The position numbers were made by a program, and so were the translations under genes. A DNA stretch of 64,000 nt. Source: Octopus sinensis (taxonomy: Eukaryota). The stretch lies in assembly GCF_006345805.1 (NCBI RefSeq), contig NC_043006.1, forward strand, positions 29,760,001 through 29,824,000, read 5' to 3'. Below the pieces are notes generated by a model. It was given only the letters and a program-made list of their open reading frames with translations. It did no database searches and was not told the DNA's origin. Positions 23,216 to 35,599 of the stretch are shown in pieces. Numbering within the stretch: the first letter of the stretch is position 1; each line of letters begins with the position of its first letter.

Positions 23216-24123
23216 CTCAAGCGCGCCTACATACACGTATACACACACACACACAAAACTTTATAATAAACCTCAAGAGTTTCCCTCTCTTATCAGCATC
23301 ATTAATATTTTGACAGACAATTTGGTGACAAAGTTTGAACCTAATCGAAATGGGGAGAATTCCCCTTTATTTCTTAGTCGAAATGTATTTCATCAAAGTG
23401 ATTTTCTTCCCAACCGACAGTGTTATTTATTATTAACCAGACTAACTAAATAAAATGTAATATTACAAACAATCTGATGGAGATCGCCTTGGGACGGTGA
23501 AGTGGCGATCGGAACTTTTGTTAGCATTAGCAACGAATAATGATAATAAAAATTGAATGTATTTCACTTTGATAAGACTGGTGTAGTAGTGCGCAAAAGA
23601 TTGGAGAGAGATATGCTCTATTTGTACAATAAAAATGGTGATGATAGTGACGAATAAAGATGAAGTTACAATTGTAATTCTTGTATCTCAAGTGTTTTGA
23701 CATTAGAGGATTAGTAAAGTAAATGAAAGTTGGAGGGTCAATAAGTTAGATGTGTGGAAACTAACACATGTTGCTTTATAAAGTTTTGATCGTCAGGACG
23801 GGATGGTAGATTGTGGATTCATCAATTCTCCGTGAAACATTTTTCTTTTTTCTTTTTCTTTTTTTGTGTGAAGAAACGGAGAATAATTTATACTTCGAAA
23901 CACTTTTAAATTTGTTGTTAAAATTGAGTTCTTTGTTACGGATGTGTAAATAGAGAAGGATTTTAGTAACGATGATGTTTTGTGAGTCTAATGATTTTTT
24001 ACATAATGTGAGAGAAATCAACAAGAATAAAGGCACCGTCGTCAACAACATCGCCATCACTTCGACAATGAGAATGACGACGACGACGACGATGAAGGAT
24101 GATGAGAAGATGAAGCTGCTTAC

Positions 24124-24184
24124 CTGGGATGCAGTCAAGTGTTATTATTACAACCAGAAAAACGCTCCACTGGTAACTTTTCAT
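24124..24184 (-). CDS. Putative first coding exon of a secreted or membrane protein (signal peptide)
   Basis: GGAGAC-ATG at 24184; MKSYQWSVFLVVIITLDCIP+G (basic n-region, hydrophobic h-region, small c-region); CCAG|GTAAGC donor at 24123, phase 1; unique non-repeat sequence; downstream exon not found. Confidence 0.6.
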
Positions 24185-24214
24185 GTCTCCACTTTGTAGA
24201 GGAAAGTAATAAAC

Positions 24215-24345
24215 TTAGAATGAGTAAAATCTTCGGCCGACCATGACTAGCCTGCCCAGCCGAAACAGTGAAACACAACAAACAATTCTTCTTTCAATAC
24301 AGAAAAAGCCCAATTTTTTCATCTCCGAATCCAAAACTGACTTCC
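24215..24345 (-). promoter_or_regulatory. Candidate core promoter / 5' UTR: Inr-like TCAGTT and a 9-codon uORF
   Basis: TCAGTT on minus at 24340-24335; uORF ATG 24244 to TAA 24215 (MVGRRFYSF*); purine-rich GA tracts further upstream on minus (24350-24930). Confidence 0.3.
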
Positions 24346-24607
24346 TTTGCCCTCCCCTTCCTCTTACTCTCACTTTTACCATTCTATCAGTTTTCTTCTT
24401 TTCTTCCTTTTACATTCCCCTCTCTCTTTCCTATTTCTATCTTTCACCAATCTCCTCTCTCTTTATAATATACGCTGCCTCTTCCTCTTATTTGGTTTTG
24501 TTTTCTCCTTAAATTATTCTTCTCTTTCTCCTCCTCCCGCTCTTCTTTGAGCTTTTTTCTTCTTTTTGCCCATTCCACTTTCTCTCTTCTCTCTCTCTCC
24601 CCATCTG

Positions 24608-24645
<38 letters not shown>

Positions 24646-25327
24646 ACACGTTCTTTTTCGCTATCTCTCCACCTCGTTTTTTTCCCTCTAATTCTTTAAA
24701 ATTGACCAGAGATGATCGAATTGTCTATGAAATTCATCGACCTCTCTCCCAGGTCATTTTCTGTTTTATCTAAAAAAATATTTCTTTTACTCACAGCCAT
24801 TTCTCTCTCTGTCTCTCTCTCTCTCTCACACACACTAACTCACTCACTCTCTTCCCCTTCTCTCTCTTCCTTTCTCTCTCTCACACGCACTAACTCACTC
24901 TCTCTCTCTCTCTCTCTCTCACTCACTTTACCATTTCTGTTTGTGTCACTCATAAATAAAGTTCACTTACAACTTTTTACCATTTTTTAAAAACTATTCT
25001 TTACGCATGTACATGCTCAATAGACAGACGTTGAGATACAATCATGCATATTGTTATATCAATAAATGTCGCGCTTTATATCACCACCACCACCATCATC
25101 ATTATTAAACGGCAGAAGTTACAAAATGACTCAAAGTTCGATAGTTTCGTTTATGGCACAATAAATTCCATAAATTCATAAACGAAACTCCCGACCCGTG
25201 ATTCAATTTGTAATTTCTGTCGAATATATAATATTCATATCGAATTCTATTATTTGTTCAACCAAACTTCTGTGTGTGTTTATATGTGTATGTATGTGTA
25301 TATACATATATGTATGCATATATTCCT

Positions 25328-25658
25328 TTATTCTTTTACTTGTTTCAGTCATTTGACTGCGGCCTTTATTCGAGCAAATCGACTGCAGGACTTATTCTTT
25401 GGTAGCCTAGAACTTATTCTATCAGTCGTTTTTGCCGAACCAGCAGGAGACAAACACAGACACACACACACACACACACACACATTTATATTTACGACGG
25501 GCTTCTTTCAGTTTCCATCTACCAAATCCATTCACAAGGCTTTGGTCGGCCCGAGGCTATTGTAGAAGACACTCGCCCTAGGTGCCACGCAGTAGGACTG
25601 AACCCGGGACCATGTGTTTGGTTAGCAAGCTACTTACCACACAGCCACTCCTGCGCCC
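25328..25658 (-). mobile_element. SINE family A, near full length
   Basis: Ends CACAGCCACTCCTGCGCCC; reverse complement of 1535-1957. Confidence 0.9.
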
Positions 25659-25972
25659 ATATATATATAATATTCGTCAAAAATTTTATTGTGCGTGCGA
25701 GTGTGTATGTGTGTGTGTTTGTGTGCGTGAGTGTACGAGTTTAGTTAGAGATTGCGTGTATTTCTATATATGTTTATGAATGTTTGTTACATTTTCGTCT
25801 CTCCCCGTATTTTTGACTTGTTATCTCATCGAAGTCCCCACGGCCAATTAATCTGCTTCACTTTTATATTTTATTTTCGTTATTTTCCGATATTTCACTT
25901 GTCAAGAAATCTTCTCTTCAAATCTTCTCACTATTCCTTATTTTCTTTCTTAAAAATACACGCTTTCACATA

Positions 25973-25974
<2 letters not shown>

Positions 25975-26005
<31 letters not shown>

Positions 26006-26277
26006 CACACACATACATACATACATACACACATACATACATACACACACATACATACACACATACATACACACATACATACATACACACACATACATAC
26101 ACACACATACATACGTACATACACACACATACATACATACATACATACATACATACATACATACATACATACATACATACATACATTCATACACACACAC
26201 ACACACACATACATACATACATACATACATACATACATACATACATACATACATACATACATACATACATACATACG
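25975..26277. repeat. (CA)n/(TACA)n microsatellite
   Basis: Direct inspection. Confidence 0.95.
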
Positions 26278-26299
26278 TGAGAGCAACAACATCTTCAGA

Positions 26300-27187
26300 A
26301 TTGGAGAAGAACCACTGTGTAGGTACTCTGAGACTGCAACTGTCTCATGCAACCCAAAGACAGACTGCACTGTCCTACCTAAACAGATGCTTGGAAGAGA
26401 AGCAGGCATCATAGCAGCAAAATGCAAAGCATGGGTACATATCCCGTAAGTGAGAGGGCAACAATAGCACTGACAGGAAGAGTAGCCCCTACTGGACCTT
26501 ACAATACATCCCACCTAGAAGACATTTCTTCACTATCCACAAACAGGAGATAGCTATTAAGTACTTGATAAACAACAAGGAGAAATATACCACCAAACCT
26601 CCACGTTGTGATAAAAAAAATGTCGGCTCTGCTATACCAATGTGGAAGATATCACCCACATCCTCAGCAGCTGCCCCAAAATGTCTACGAGATACTATCT
26701 GTCCTTGAGGCATGATATAGTTGCAAAGACTATTTACAATGCTATCCGAAGGAAGGACTGCCGAGATATATAACATCAAAAGCATATCAGGACCAGCAGG
26801 TATTCACACCTTTAAAAACAAGTATTCCTTGTTGAACACCCCAATAAAAACACCAATTTGATGCAAATATAACAGACCTGATATTCTTCTGCAGGACAGG
26901 GAACAAAAGTCATGCAGTGTTGTAGAAGCCAGCTGCCCAACGGATGTGAATGTACAATCGAAAGTCCAGGAAAAGAGTATGTTTATGGTGAATTAATGCG
27001 GAACTTACATCACTTGTACCCTGACTACGGATTCTCGTTTGTACCTATCATCGGTGGGTGTATTGGGTTATGTAAATCACATATTTGCACAAAAACCTAG
27101 AAATACTCGAATTCGTGGAGAAAGAGCAAAAGAAACTGACGTGGATTCTCCAAATCCAATCTATTAGTGGCACAGTGAAGATGTGCA
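26300..27187 (+). mobile_element. Non-LTR retrotransposon 3' region with CCHC finger and restriction-like endonuclease (R4/Dong/Hero-like)
   Basis: CRLCYTNVEDITHILSSCPKM..LRHDIVAK (zinc knuckle), YNRPDI..VVEASCP (PD-(D/E)xK type), ELMRNL..YP.Y.F.FVPII. Confidence 0.8.
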
Positions 27188-27231
27188 TCTATTCACATAA
27201 GAATCTCACATGGAGAATTTTTAGAACGTCT

Positions 27232-28020
27232 TGCAGATCTTCACTGTGTCACTAACAGATTGGATTTGGAGGATCCACGTCAGTTTCTTTCGCTCTTTTT
27301 CCATGAATTCACGTATTTTTAGTTTTCTGTGCAAAGTTGTAGGTGCATAACATAATACACATAATACAAACGAGAATCCATAGTCAGGGTACAAGTGATG
27401 TAAGTTCCGCATTAATTCACCATAAATATACTCTTTTCCGGGACTTTGAGGGTATGCATGGACATTTCAACCAACACACCAACTCAATCACATATTTACA
27501 AACAGCGAGAACTCTCTTAACTCAAAAAGTGTTGTCGCTTTGTTAGCGACCGGCTTGAACCCTCCTGAGAAGAACTTAAATAAAACCCAAAGAAAAATCA
27601 TACACAAACATGAATATATTTCTTGCTTACATACACGAACCAACGATGAACTTTGTACGTGGTCGCTCGAAGATAATGTAGTACTGTATAGTGTGTTTGA
27701 AAAGAAAAAGGTCGGGATGTCGGGATGGAGTTAGTTGGAATGCCTTTTCAGTGTTGGTCTGCTTGATTAGAGCTGACTTGACGAGTGAAACCTTCTTTTC
27801 GCTCCTCTTTCCTTTCATTGACTCTAAGGTACATCTTAAAGACCTGTTGCTCAATTGCAGGTTCCATTGAAGATCACAAGTGTATGGCACCATCACACAC
27901 ATATTTCTTGATTAGTATCAATGTTGTTGGTATATGACATATTCATATCCTCTGTTTAAATATGTGACCGGCAAATTCGATAACCAAAGAGACATTTGAA
28001 AATGCTTGTCTAGTCTCGGA
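27232..28020 (-). mobile_element. Second copy of the RLE LINE, tail-to-tail with the first
   Basis: 27232-27447 is a close inverted copy of 26961-27187; ORF 27221-27412 MRNLHHLYPDYGFSFV..QIQSVSDTVKICKTF; SLWLSN..GYEYVIYQQ near 27990-27930. Confidence 0.6.
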
Positions 28021-29256
28021 TGTCATTAATTAATCAATCAATCCAAAAGCAGAAAGCAGAATACGGTAGCAGTGGCTGCCGGTTGGCTCCTCTTTTCTTC
28101 TCTGCCTTGGCGAAAGTTCTTCGCCCTCTCTCTTGTAATCTGCACGAAGTAAATTCGTATGAGAGATCATTTCAGCTCTATTTTTCCTCCATAATCATAA
28201 ACTTACTTTCTTCATAATGCACAATTTGTTGTTATTTTCTCAAAATTTTAAAAATCAACTTCTATTTCTCAAATATCAGTCTTGAAGCAATCTCTGTATC
28301 TCTAAGCATGCTTGTTTTGAGGTCTTTTGCGCTCCATCAATTCCTCATAAAAAGCTATTTTAGGAAACTGCCATTATTTAGCCGTAATATTTGATCATTT
28401 AACTCAGGCTACTTTTATGAGACGAGTTTTAATGCCCAAGCACTGCTGTAACAGAAATCTTACTGCAGACAGTTTCGTTCAGATGCAAATATTGATGGTT
28501 CATAGCAAGGATCACCAGGACCAGGAGAAAACATCAGTTTTGCTTTAAAGAAATATATCGAGAGCAAACAGCTGAAAAATCTATCTTTTATTTCTGGAAG
28601 ATCAAATCTCCTAATCAGATTTCTGAGTATTATAGCAAATGTTTTGCCCTTTACCTTTAAGAGCTGTAAGTAAATTTAAAACAAAAAAAAAAAGCCTGCT
28701 GCTTTCACGAACACAGTATTAGGTTTTGCATCTGAAGGTGACACTGACCACACTAATATGTGTTTCCATATTCTTTTTATTACCATAAGTACAACAATTA
28801 TTTAAATAAACCTAATTACAAAACTGACCGACAGAGTTGTGTTCTGTTCGTGAGTTCAACATCCCAACTTTTTATAACTTGTAGTCACTCTTCTAGAACC
28901 TTCGGCAGAACTAGTAGGCGGGAAATTTCCCAAAACTTACTTTCAAGTCCGTTGCTTATTTGGTCAAGCGATGTTCAAGAAAGCGGTAGTGCCTTTTATA
29001 GCAAGACAGTTAAATTCTCATAGCCGGTCTTTGCTTTTTATGATTCTAAACTGGGTTATCTAAGCGAGATGGTATAAAATTCTGTAGAAGTTTCTTTCCA
29101 AGAGTCTTTTCATGGGTATGTTATAAAACAAACGTGACGAATATAAATAAATAGATAGACAGACAGACAGACAGATGAACGGACGGACGGACAGACAGAC
29201 AGACAGATAAATAGATATAGATATGTATGTGTGTAAGACAGCGTGTGTGTGCGCGC

Positions 29257-29291
<35 letters not shown>

Positions 29292-29295
<4 letters not shown>

Positions 29296-29577
29296 GGCGT
29301 GTGACCCAGTGGTTCGGGTATTGCACTCACGATCGCGAAATCGTAGTTTCAGTTCCTTGGCCGGGTGGTGCGCTGTGTTCTTGAGCAAAACACTTCATCA
29401 CACGATGCTCTGCGATCACCTCTACACCTGATGCATAGCACAGCATACACCTGTTAATAAAGGGAGTCAGCTAATGTACGGCACATGCATTTGATCACCA
29501 GAAACAAATCATTTTGTGCAGGTCGTTCGGCAAAAAGCTGAACACTCATACGTTGTCTTCGACGGGGAGAGATCGAC
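29292..29577 (+). mobile_element. tRNA-derived SINE, family C-related variant
   Basis: GTGACCCAGTGG head, GTGTTCTTGAGCAAAACACTT core. Confidence 0.7.
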
Positions 29578-30229
29578 ATTACATATATATATATATATAT
29601 CATCGTGATGGTTGTTCCCTATATTTTCAGTCGTTCACTCGATCGAACGATAAAACTGAACCATGAACCATGAACGCACCCAAATGCTTATCTGAAACAG
29701 CTGTATGCCTATAAATAAATAAATAAATAATAAATAAATAAATAAATAAATGAATTTATAAATAAATGTGCATAACCCATTCTTTCTCTCTAATTTGTGT
29801 GTGTGCGTGTATGTGTAGGCCGATGCAACTATGTATCTATATGTGTGTGTATGCAATTTTGTGTGTGTGTATATATACACACATATGTATAAATATACAT
29901 ACATACATAGAGAGGGAGGGGAGAAAGAGAGAGAAAAGAGTTATGAGAACACAGAAGCAAATACAATCAATAATTTAAAATCGACCAAATACATACCAAG
30001 TGTTATAGCATAAAGACAATGGTATTCTACATAAGATAGGTCATTTGTACTTGCCACACCAATTCACTTTTCTGCCACTTTTAATAGAAAAACACCTTTT
30101 TATGAACAATGACTTTGTGCGTTGAATGTGTCATTATGTAATTTTAATATTGTGCGTAGAAATGTAGGTTCGCAAGGCATTGAACTAATGTAAGTTTGTT
30201 TTTTTCGTTTTTTGTAATTCTTTCAGTTT

Positions 30230-32150
30230 TGACCGTCGCTTTTTTAACTGTAAGCATCAATTACGAAATATTTAGGATGTACCTGCAAAATACGATAAGA
30301 TCTGGTATATTGTGCGGTTTATTCACTGCATCATTACTAACATGAGAGCAGGTAGTGATGTAAGTCGGAATATTTTTTAATATGTTAACTGTTTGCTGTC
30401 TGAGGAGTTATTTCGGTAACTCGGAAATATATTGCCACAGACAATGCTCATTATTAGTCGGATCGTGACACATCTTGAAATTTCCAGCAGCCGTCTGTCC
30501 TGGAAGTGTCTAATGTCGTGCCATAACACAGTTCTGCTGCAGTAGATAAAATTTAGGTCTACCTTACTTGACGTTTTGATACCAAGTAGTTTAACAGGCA
30601 GATATTCCAACCAGCCACCAGTGTTGCCGTATGCTTTAAGTGAAGCTTTAAATTGACAACGGAAACGTCTTATCATTCCATTTGCCGCAGGATGATAGAC
30701 TGTAGTTTGGATTTTCCTAGTACCCAGCCATTGGATTCACTCAGCAAACTAAATTTAAACTGTCGGCCTTCGTATGTTGTTATTGTCGTTGGAGTTCCGA
30801 AACATGAAAGCCATTTGAAAAGCTTTCGTGACGGTGGAAGATGAAATATCACTAATAGGAATGGCATCAGGCCACCTAGAGAAACGATCAATACAGGTCA
30901 ACAGAGAGGTGTAGTCTTGAACAGGAGACAAGGATCCAACAATATCTATTTATATTGTTGGAAATGAGCGTCCTGTAGAACAAATGTTCCCAGACTTGTT
31001 TTAATATAACAACGACCTGTAATGGTCATTCCTATTCATATCTGGCCATATGAACTGAACTGAAGTAAGTTTTTCTAATGCGACAACTCCTGGGTGAAAT
31101 CACTAGTGAAGGGTTAAAAAAACTGAGCAGATAAAAAAGGTCGTTCATTCCAAGTAGAAATATCTCAGCAAATATGGAAACAGGAAAAGGAACAAGACGG
31201 AATTCTTAAGATGACACAAAGTTCTTTAATTGTAATAATTCTTCATCCGTTTCCTCATCCACACCATCTTTTTCCAAATCCATAGAATTATTGGAGTGGG
31301 ATAGAGTGTCACTTACGCAATAATTTAGAGCCCTTGAGATAACGAATATCAGCAGTAAATTATAACACAAAATCAAAGCGTCTAACCTAAGTAGGAGAAT
31401 GTTTATCTAATTTAGAATGAAATGCAAAAGTGAACAGCTTATCGTCTGTATATATGACAAAATTTCTTCGTTCTAGAAAATTACGAAAAGGCATAACAGA
31501 TAGATATGCCACAAATAATTCCCAACCGAAAGTACTTTCGGTTGAAAATTATTAGCGGCATATTACCTGCCGAGATTAGATCTAATTTCGGCAGGTAACA
31601 AACACTTCGAGAAAAAAGACAAAGGTTCCCAAAAATCCAGAATAAACTATTGCCAAACACTACCGTTTCTTAAGTCAGATGAGAAAGATGTGCATCACGT
31701 GTGTTAATAAGGCGACTCTTCTTTCTTTCTTTTTTTTTTTTTTTGTTTCGCAACAATTCTCTTGAAGGGTAAGTTCTTTCAGCACAGAGTGGAATAAGAC
31801 GACAGTAGAAATTCACGTAAATTTTGTAACGAAATAGGAACTAGGAGCTGCTACCTTTTGCATCTACGAGCATTATTGCTAAAAATGTTAAAGATGAAAC
31901 AACAAAGAGACGTTTTAGTGGGGTTAATTACCACGCCATAATGTGAAATGTTGACTGAGATGATGGTATTTGTACCCCGATTCCAAAGTATTAGTTATCA
32001 ATAAATCATAGATATAAGCAAAGCAAAATTCAAACGCGAACAATTTCATCAATAAATCTTTGAGAGGGATTTGCAGAATTCCTGAACCCAAGAGGTAGTT
32101 TAACGATTAGTCCAAACAGTGTGATTATAGCTGTTTTATATGCCAGATGG
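30230..32150 (-). mobile_element. Ty3/Gypsy pol remnant (RT - RNase H - integrase)
   Basis: KTAIITLFGL, PLGFRNSA..QRFIDE..AYIYDLLI (RT); STFG.ELFVAYLSV..IYTD (RNase H); IDIVG..LLTCIDRFSRWPDAIP, FGTPTTITT, YHPAANG (integrase); RT-RH-IN order; many stops. Confidence 0.9.
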
Positions 32151-32159
32151 AGCAGTTTT

Positions 32160-32320
32160 AAATGTTATAACTGTTTGCTGTCTGAGCAGTTATTTCGGTT
32201 ACTCGGACATATATCACCACAGACATTTTTAGCCGGATCGTAACACAACTTGAAAATTCCAGCAACTATTGAGCTCTACGCAGCAATTAAATTTTTATTC
32301 GAAAAATCTATAGCACCAAG
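32160..32320 (-). mobile_element. Extra Gypsy integrase C-terminal fragment
   Basis: 32167-32270 is a direct-orientation paralog of 30385-30490 (AACTGTTTGCTGTCTGAG..TTATTTCGG..CGGATCGT..TTCCAGCA). Confidence 0.6.
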
Positions 32321-32519
32321 TAGAGAAGATGAGAAATCATGACAGTAAGAAATAATCATCTGGCACCGTTCTGGAATTTAACATCCTACTGTCCGCTCAG
32401 GGACACTAATCCTCTTCCATCTTTTTCGCTACCATATGGAGAGGAGAAGCCCCTAATTAACCCTAACTAACCCTAATTAGCGGCAATAACTATAACATAA
32501 TAGCTGGCACTGTTGCTTA

Positions 32520-32780
32520 CAAGGACGTGTGTTTCAGTTGATCCGATCAACAGAACAGCTCTTCTCGTGCAATTAATGTGCAAGCGGCTGAGAACTCCAC
32601 GGACATGCGCACCCTTAATGTAGTTCTTAGGGAGATTCAGTGTGACATGGAATGGAACAGGTCTTGCCTTTTGAAATACAGATACAACTCATTTTCGCCA
32701 GTTGAGTAGACTGGAGCAACGCGCGCCACCAGGTATCGAACTCTTGACCATACCGTAACCACTGATCTGCGTGCCTTCAC
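32520..32780 (-). mobile_element. SINE family C variant
   Basis: GTTGATCCGATCAACAGAACAGC..GGGAGATTCAG..ACTGGAGCAAC. Confidence 0.75.
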
Positions 32781-33019
32781 CATTAACAGCAATATTGCGC
32801 TGCTTTATCACAACTTTAGAATTTATAGTGGACCGGGCATGTTTTCAGCAGCCATTTAACAAAAGCCTTCTTAGTCAACTACAACGAATTTCTGAGCATC
32901 TCTCTTCATATCTTTACTCAACTTAAAGGATAAATGGAGCCATTTTAATAATTTGCAATGAATTTGGTAATGATGTGCCAATGTCAGGTTAGCAGATTTA
33001 GGTCACAGCAGAGTTTTTA

Positions 33020-33180
33020 TGACATTTGATTCGATCAACAGAACAGCCGTTCGTGAAATTAACGTGCAAGTGGCTGAGTACTCCGCAGACGCGTACCTTT
33101 AACGTTGTTCTCAGTGAGGCACAAAGTGACAAAGGCTGGCCCCTTTTGAAATACAAATACAACTCATTTTGCCAACGGAG
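33020..33180 (-). mobile_element. SINE family C variant, internal fragment
   Basis: GAAATTAACGTGCAAGTGGCTGAGTACTCC..GTGACAAAGGCTGGCCCCTTTTGAAATACA. Confidence 0.75.
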
Positions 33181-33479
33181 TTTCTCTGCTTTCACTTATG
33201 GATTGTGATCGCGCGACAATTAAACTTTCACCCTATCTATTTGTCAGCCCAGACAAATATCTATCTCTCCTATTTTCAAGTCTTCTAGCAGTCAATAAAA
33301 GATGGATTTAATTCCCTAAAGAATGGATATCAGTACTGTGAATAATCGTCGCAAAACAAATCGAAGAAATTGTATTTTACATAATAACGATGAAAATAAA
33401 AAGCCATTTCAACTAAGTAATATCTTCCTTTCATTTTCATTGCAACATACCATCGTTATACCTACATGTCAACAGATGA

Positions 33480-34443
33480 AAAGATGAATGCGTATTAGCG
33501 GAAGACCATGCATGGATATGTTAGCACAAAGCTCCATGATGACAGCAACATTGATCATTAAAGCAGTCTATCGTGAGCCAACAGCCAGATTGCTAACTCT
33601 CACTTTGAAGGGTATGCGTTTGCAATGCAGAAGTACGAAATAATTACCAAAATCGTGATGCGCAAATGGGACAGAAGTGCCAGAAAGACACCGAAATGTG
33701 AATCAGACTTTGTGGAGTAAACACCGAAGATATCGCCCACATCATAAGCAGGTGACCAAAAACGTCATTGTGTTGCTATCTACCGGTGAGATATGGTGTT
33801 GTGTCCAAGACACAGTACAATGGGATCCGTTGAAAGTATTCCCGTAACACCTATGATATAAAATCCCACTGTGTCGTAGAGAGTATATCTACTCATAAAA
33901 GAGTATTGGCGGGATGTTCCAGTGAAAACTTTAATAAAATACAAACATAATATACCAGAAATAATGATTTCGGACAGAGAAGGGAAACTATGTACAGTAG
34001 TGGAAATCGGATGTCAACCTAAAGCTAAAGATCGGTGAAAAAGAAAACACCTACGCGAATCTATTAAGAAATTTACGGTTTACTCTACTCAGATCTCAAG
34101 TTCGGGTTTATACCAGTAATTATTGGAAAACTGGGAAATTAAGGTTCTCAAAACAAGAAATGAGAAAGCAAATTAGTTTACAGATACAAGCCATCAATGG
34201 AACTGTCAAAATCTGTAAAACTTACCAAAATTTTAGCATATATGTACAGATGCATATCTCTAGAGAAGCAGCTGTATGCATGAGTATACATTCATAAAAC
34301 AAAACATATACACACAACACATGCACATAAACACACAACCATCCACAAATGTCCTGTTGATGTTGAAATTCCAACGCAGGAGCCTTGGATCTCGGTTAAA
34401 AACTGGCCTTTTCTTTCAAGAAATCTAGAAATAAATCTGAAAT
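33480..34443 (+). mobile_element. Third RLE LINE copy: 3' coding end plus probable 3' UTR ending at (TACA)n
   Basis: KTMHGY..HFEGYAFAMQ, RLCGVNTEDIAHIIS, EYWRDVPVKT..NIPEIMI.DRE..CTVVEIGC, QIQAINGTVKICKT; AATAAA at ~34429 just before (TACA)n. Confidence 0.8.
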
Positions 34444-34461
34444 ACATACACACATACGTAC

Positions 34462-34492
<31 letters not shown>

Positions 34493-34984
34493 CATACATA
34501 CATACATACATACATACATACATACATTACATACATGGTAATTGCTCCATTTTCACAGATGATAGCCATCTCCTTGTGCTTCCTCGTTGTCAATGTAGTT
34601 TCTAACTTTCTGTCCATGATCTTTCAGATGGCTGTCCAGTCTCTCTGCAGATCTGCATGGTTTGAAGCATACGTGCGCTTCCAACTAATTCCGTTTGCAC
34701 ACGTCACCACTCTTCCATCACCGTAGTACTTTCAGTGGACGGAATGACAAGTAAGATCGCCGCATAAAGACCTTTATATGTCATTGGATAATAATGATAA
34801 ACGCTTGTACAACACGAGTACCATTGAGTCTTCGTGATTAGTACCTAGTATATTAGTACTTTTATGATTAGTACCTAAGGGATAAAGACAATTCATACGT
34901 TTCACTAGTTCTTACGTATCACTTCAGCCCTTGCTATGAACTGCATTCCTATCAGAAGAAAACGTGCTATTACGTTAATGTATT

Positions 34985-35220
34985 TATGGTAAGAGCTGGC
35001 AGAAATGTTAGCATGCCGGGCAAAATGCGTAGCCGTATTTCGTCTGCCGTTACGTTCTGAGTTCAAATTCCGCCGAGGTCGACTTTGCCTTTCATCCTTT
35101 CGGAGTCGATTAAATAAGTACCAGTTACGCACTGGGATCGATATAATCGACTTAATCCGTTTGTCTGTCCTTGTTTGTCCTCTCTATGTTTACCTCCTTG
35201 TGGGTAGTAAAGAAATAGGT
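34985..35220 (+). mobile_element. SINE family B, full length
   Basis: Near-identical to 40743-40966 (ORFs 35063-35326 and 40685-41026 share the same translation). Confidence 0.9.
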
Positions 35221-35599
35221 AAATATGTTCCATCCCCTCTTGATGGTGGGGAGAGGAGACATTATTTTCCTTAATACCTATCCCTGCAACATGTTGCGGC
35301 TCATCAGACTTTGCATGATATTTCAATTGGTCCTGGTTTTAACTCTCATTGGTCCCAGTTTCACCTCTGAAAATTACAGTCAGCCAACTATTAAACAGTG
35401 AGATATAAAATATGAGTATAGTTCTCAGTCGAACAGCTCTTTAGGTGAATCTATTGAGGAAGAAGTCTGAAGACACTGAAAAAGGGAGGCCAGTGTTACA
35501 TTATATATTTCTTATCACTAATTAATGAGAATTGTGATCACTGACGGTTTTTGTTTTTATGTAATCAAAGATACTCAAATGATGCCACAAGTTAAAAAA

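Noticed and set aside
23776-24138. 120-aa hydrophobic/basic ORF next to the candidate exon
   Set aside because: Hydrophobic run comes from a (GAC)n tract and the basic run from a T-rich tract; it lies in the predicted intron
28506-28665. Open frame GSPGPGENISFALKK.. ending at GTAAGT
   Set aside because: No polypyrimidine acceptor, no recognisable homology, no partner exon
30385-30490. Direct repeats flanking Gypsy pol as LTRs
   Set aside because: They translate as integrase C-terminal sequence and lack TG..CA ends, PBS or PPT
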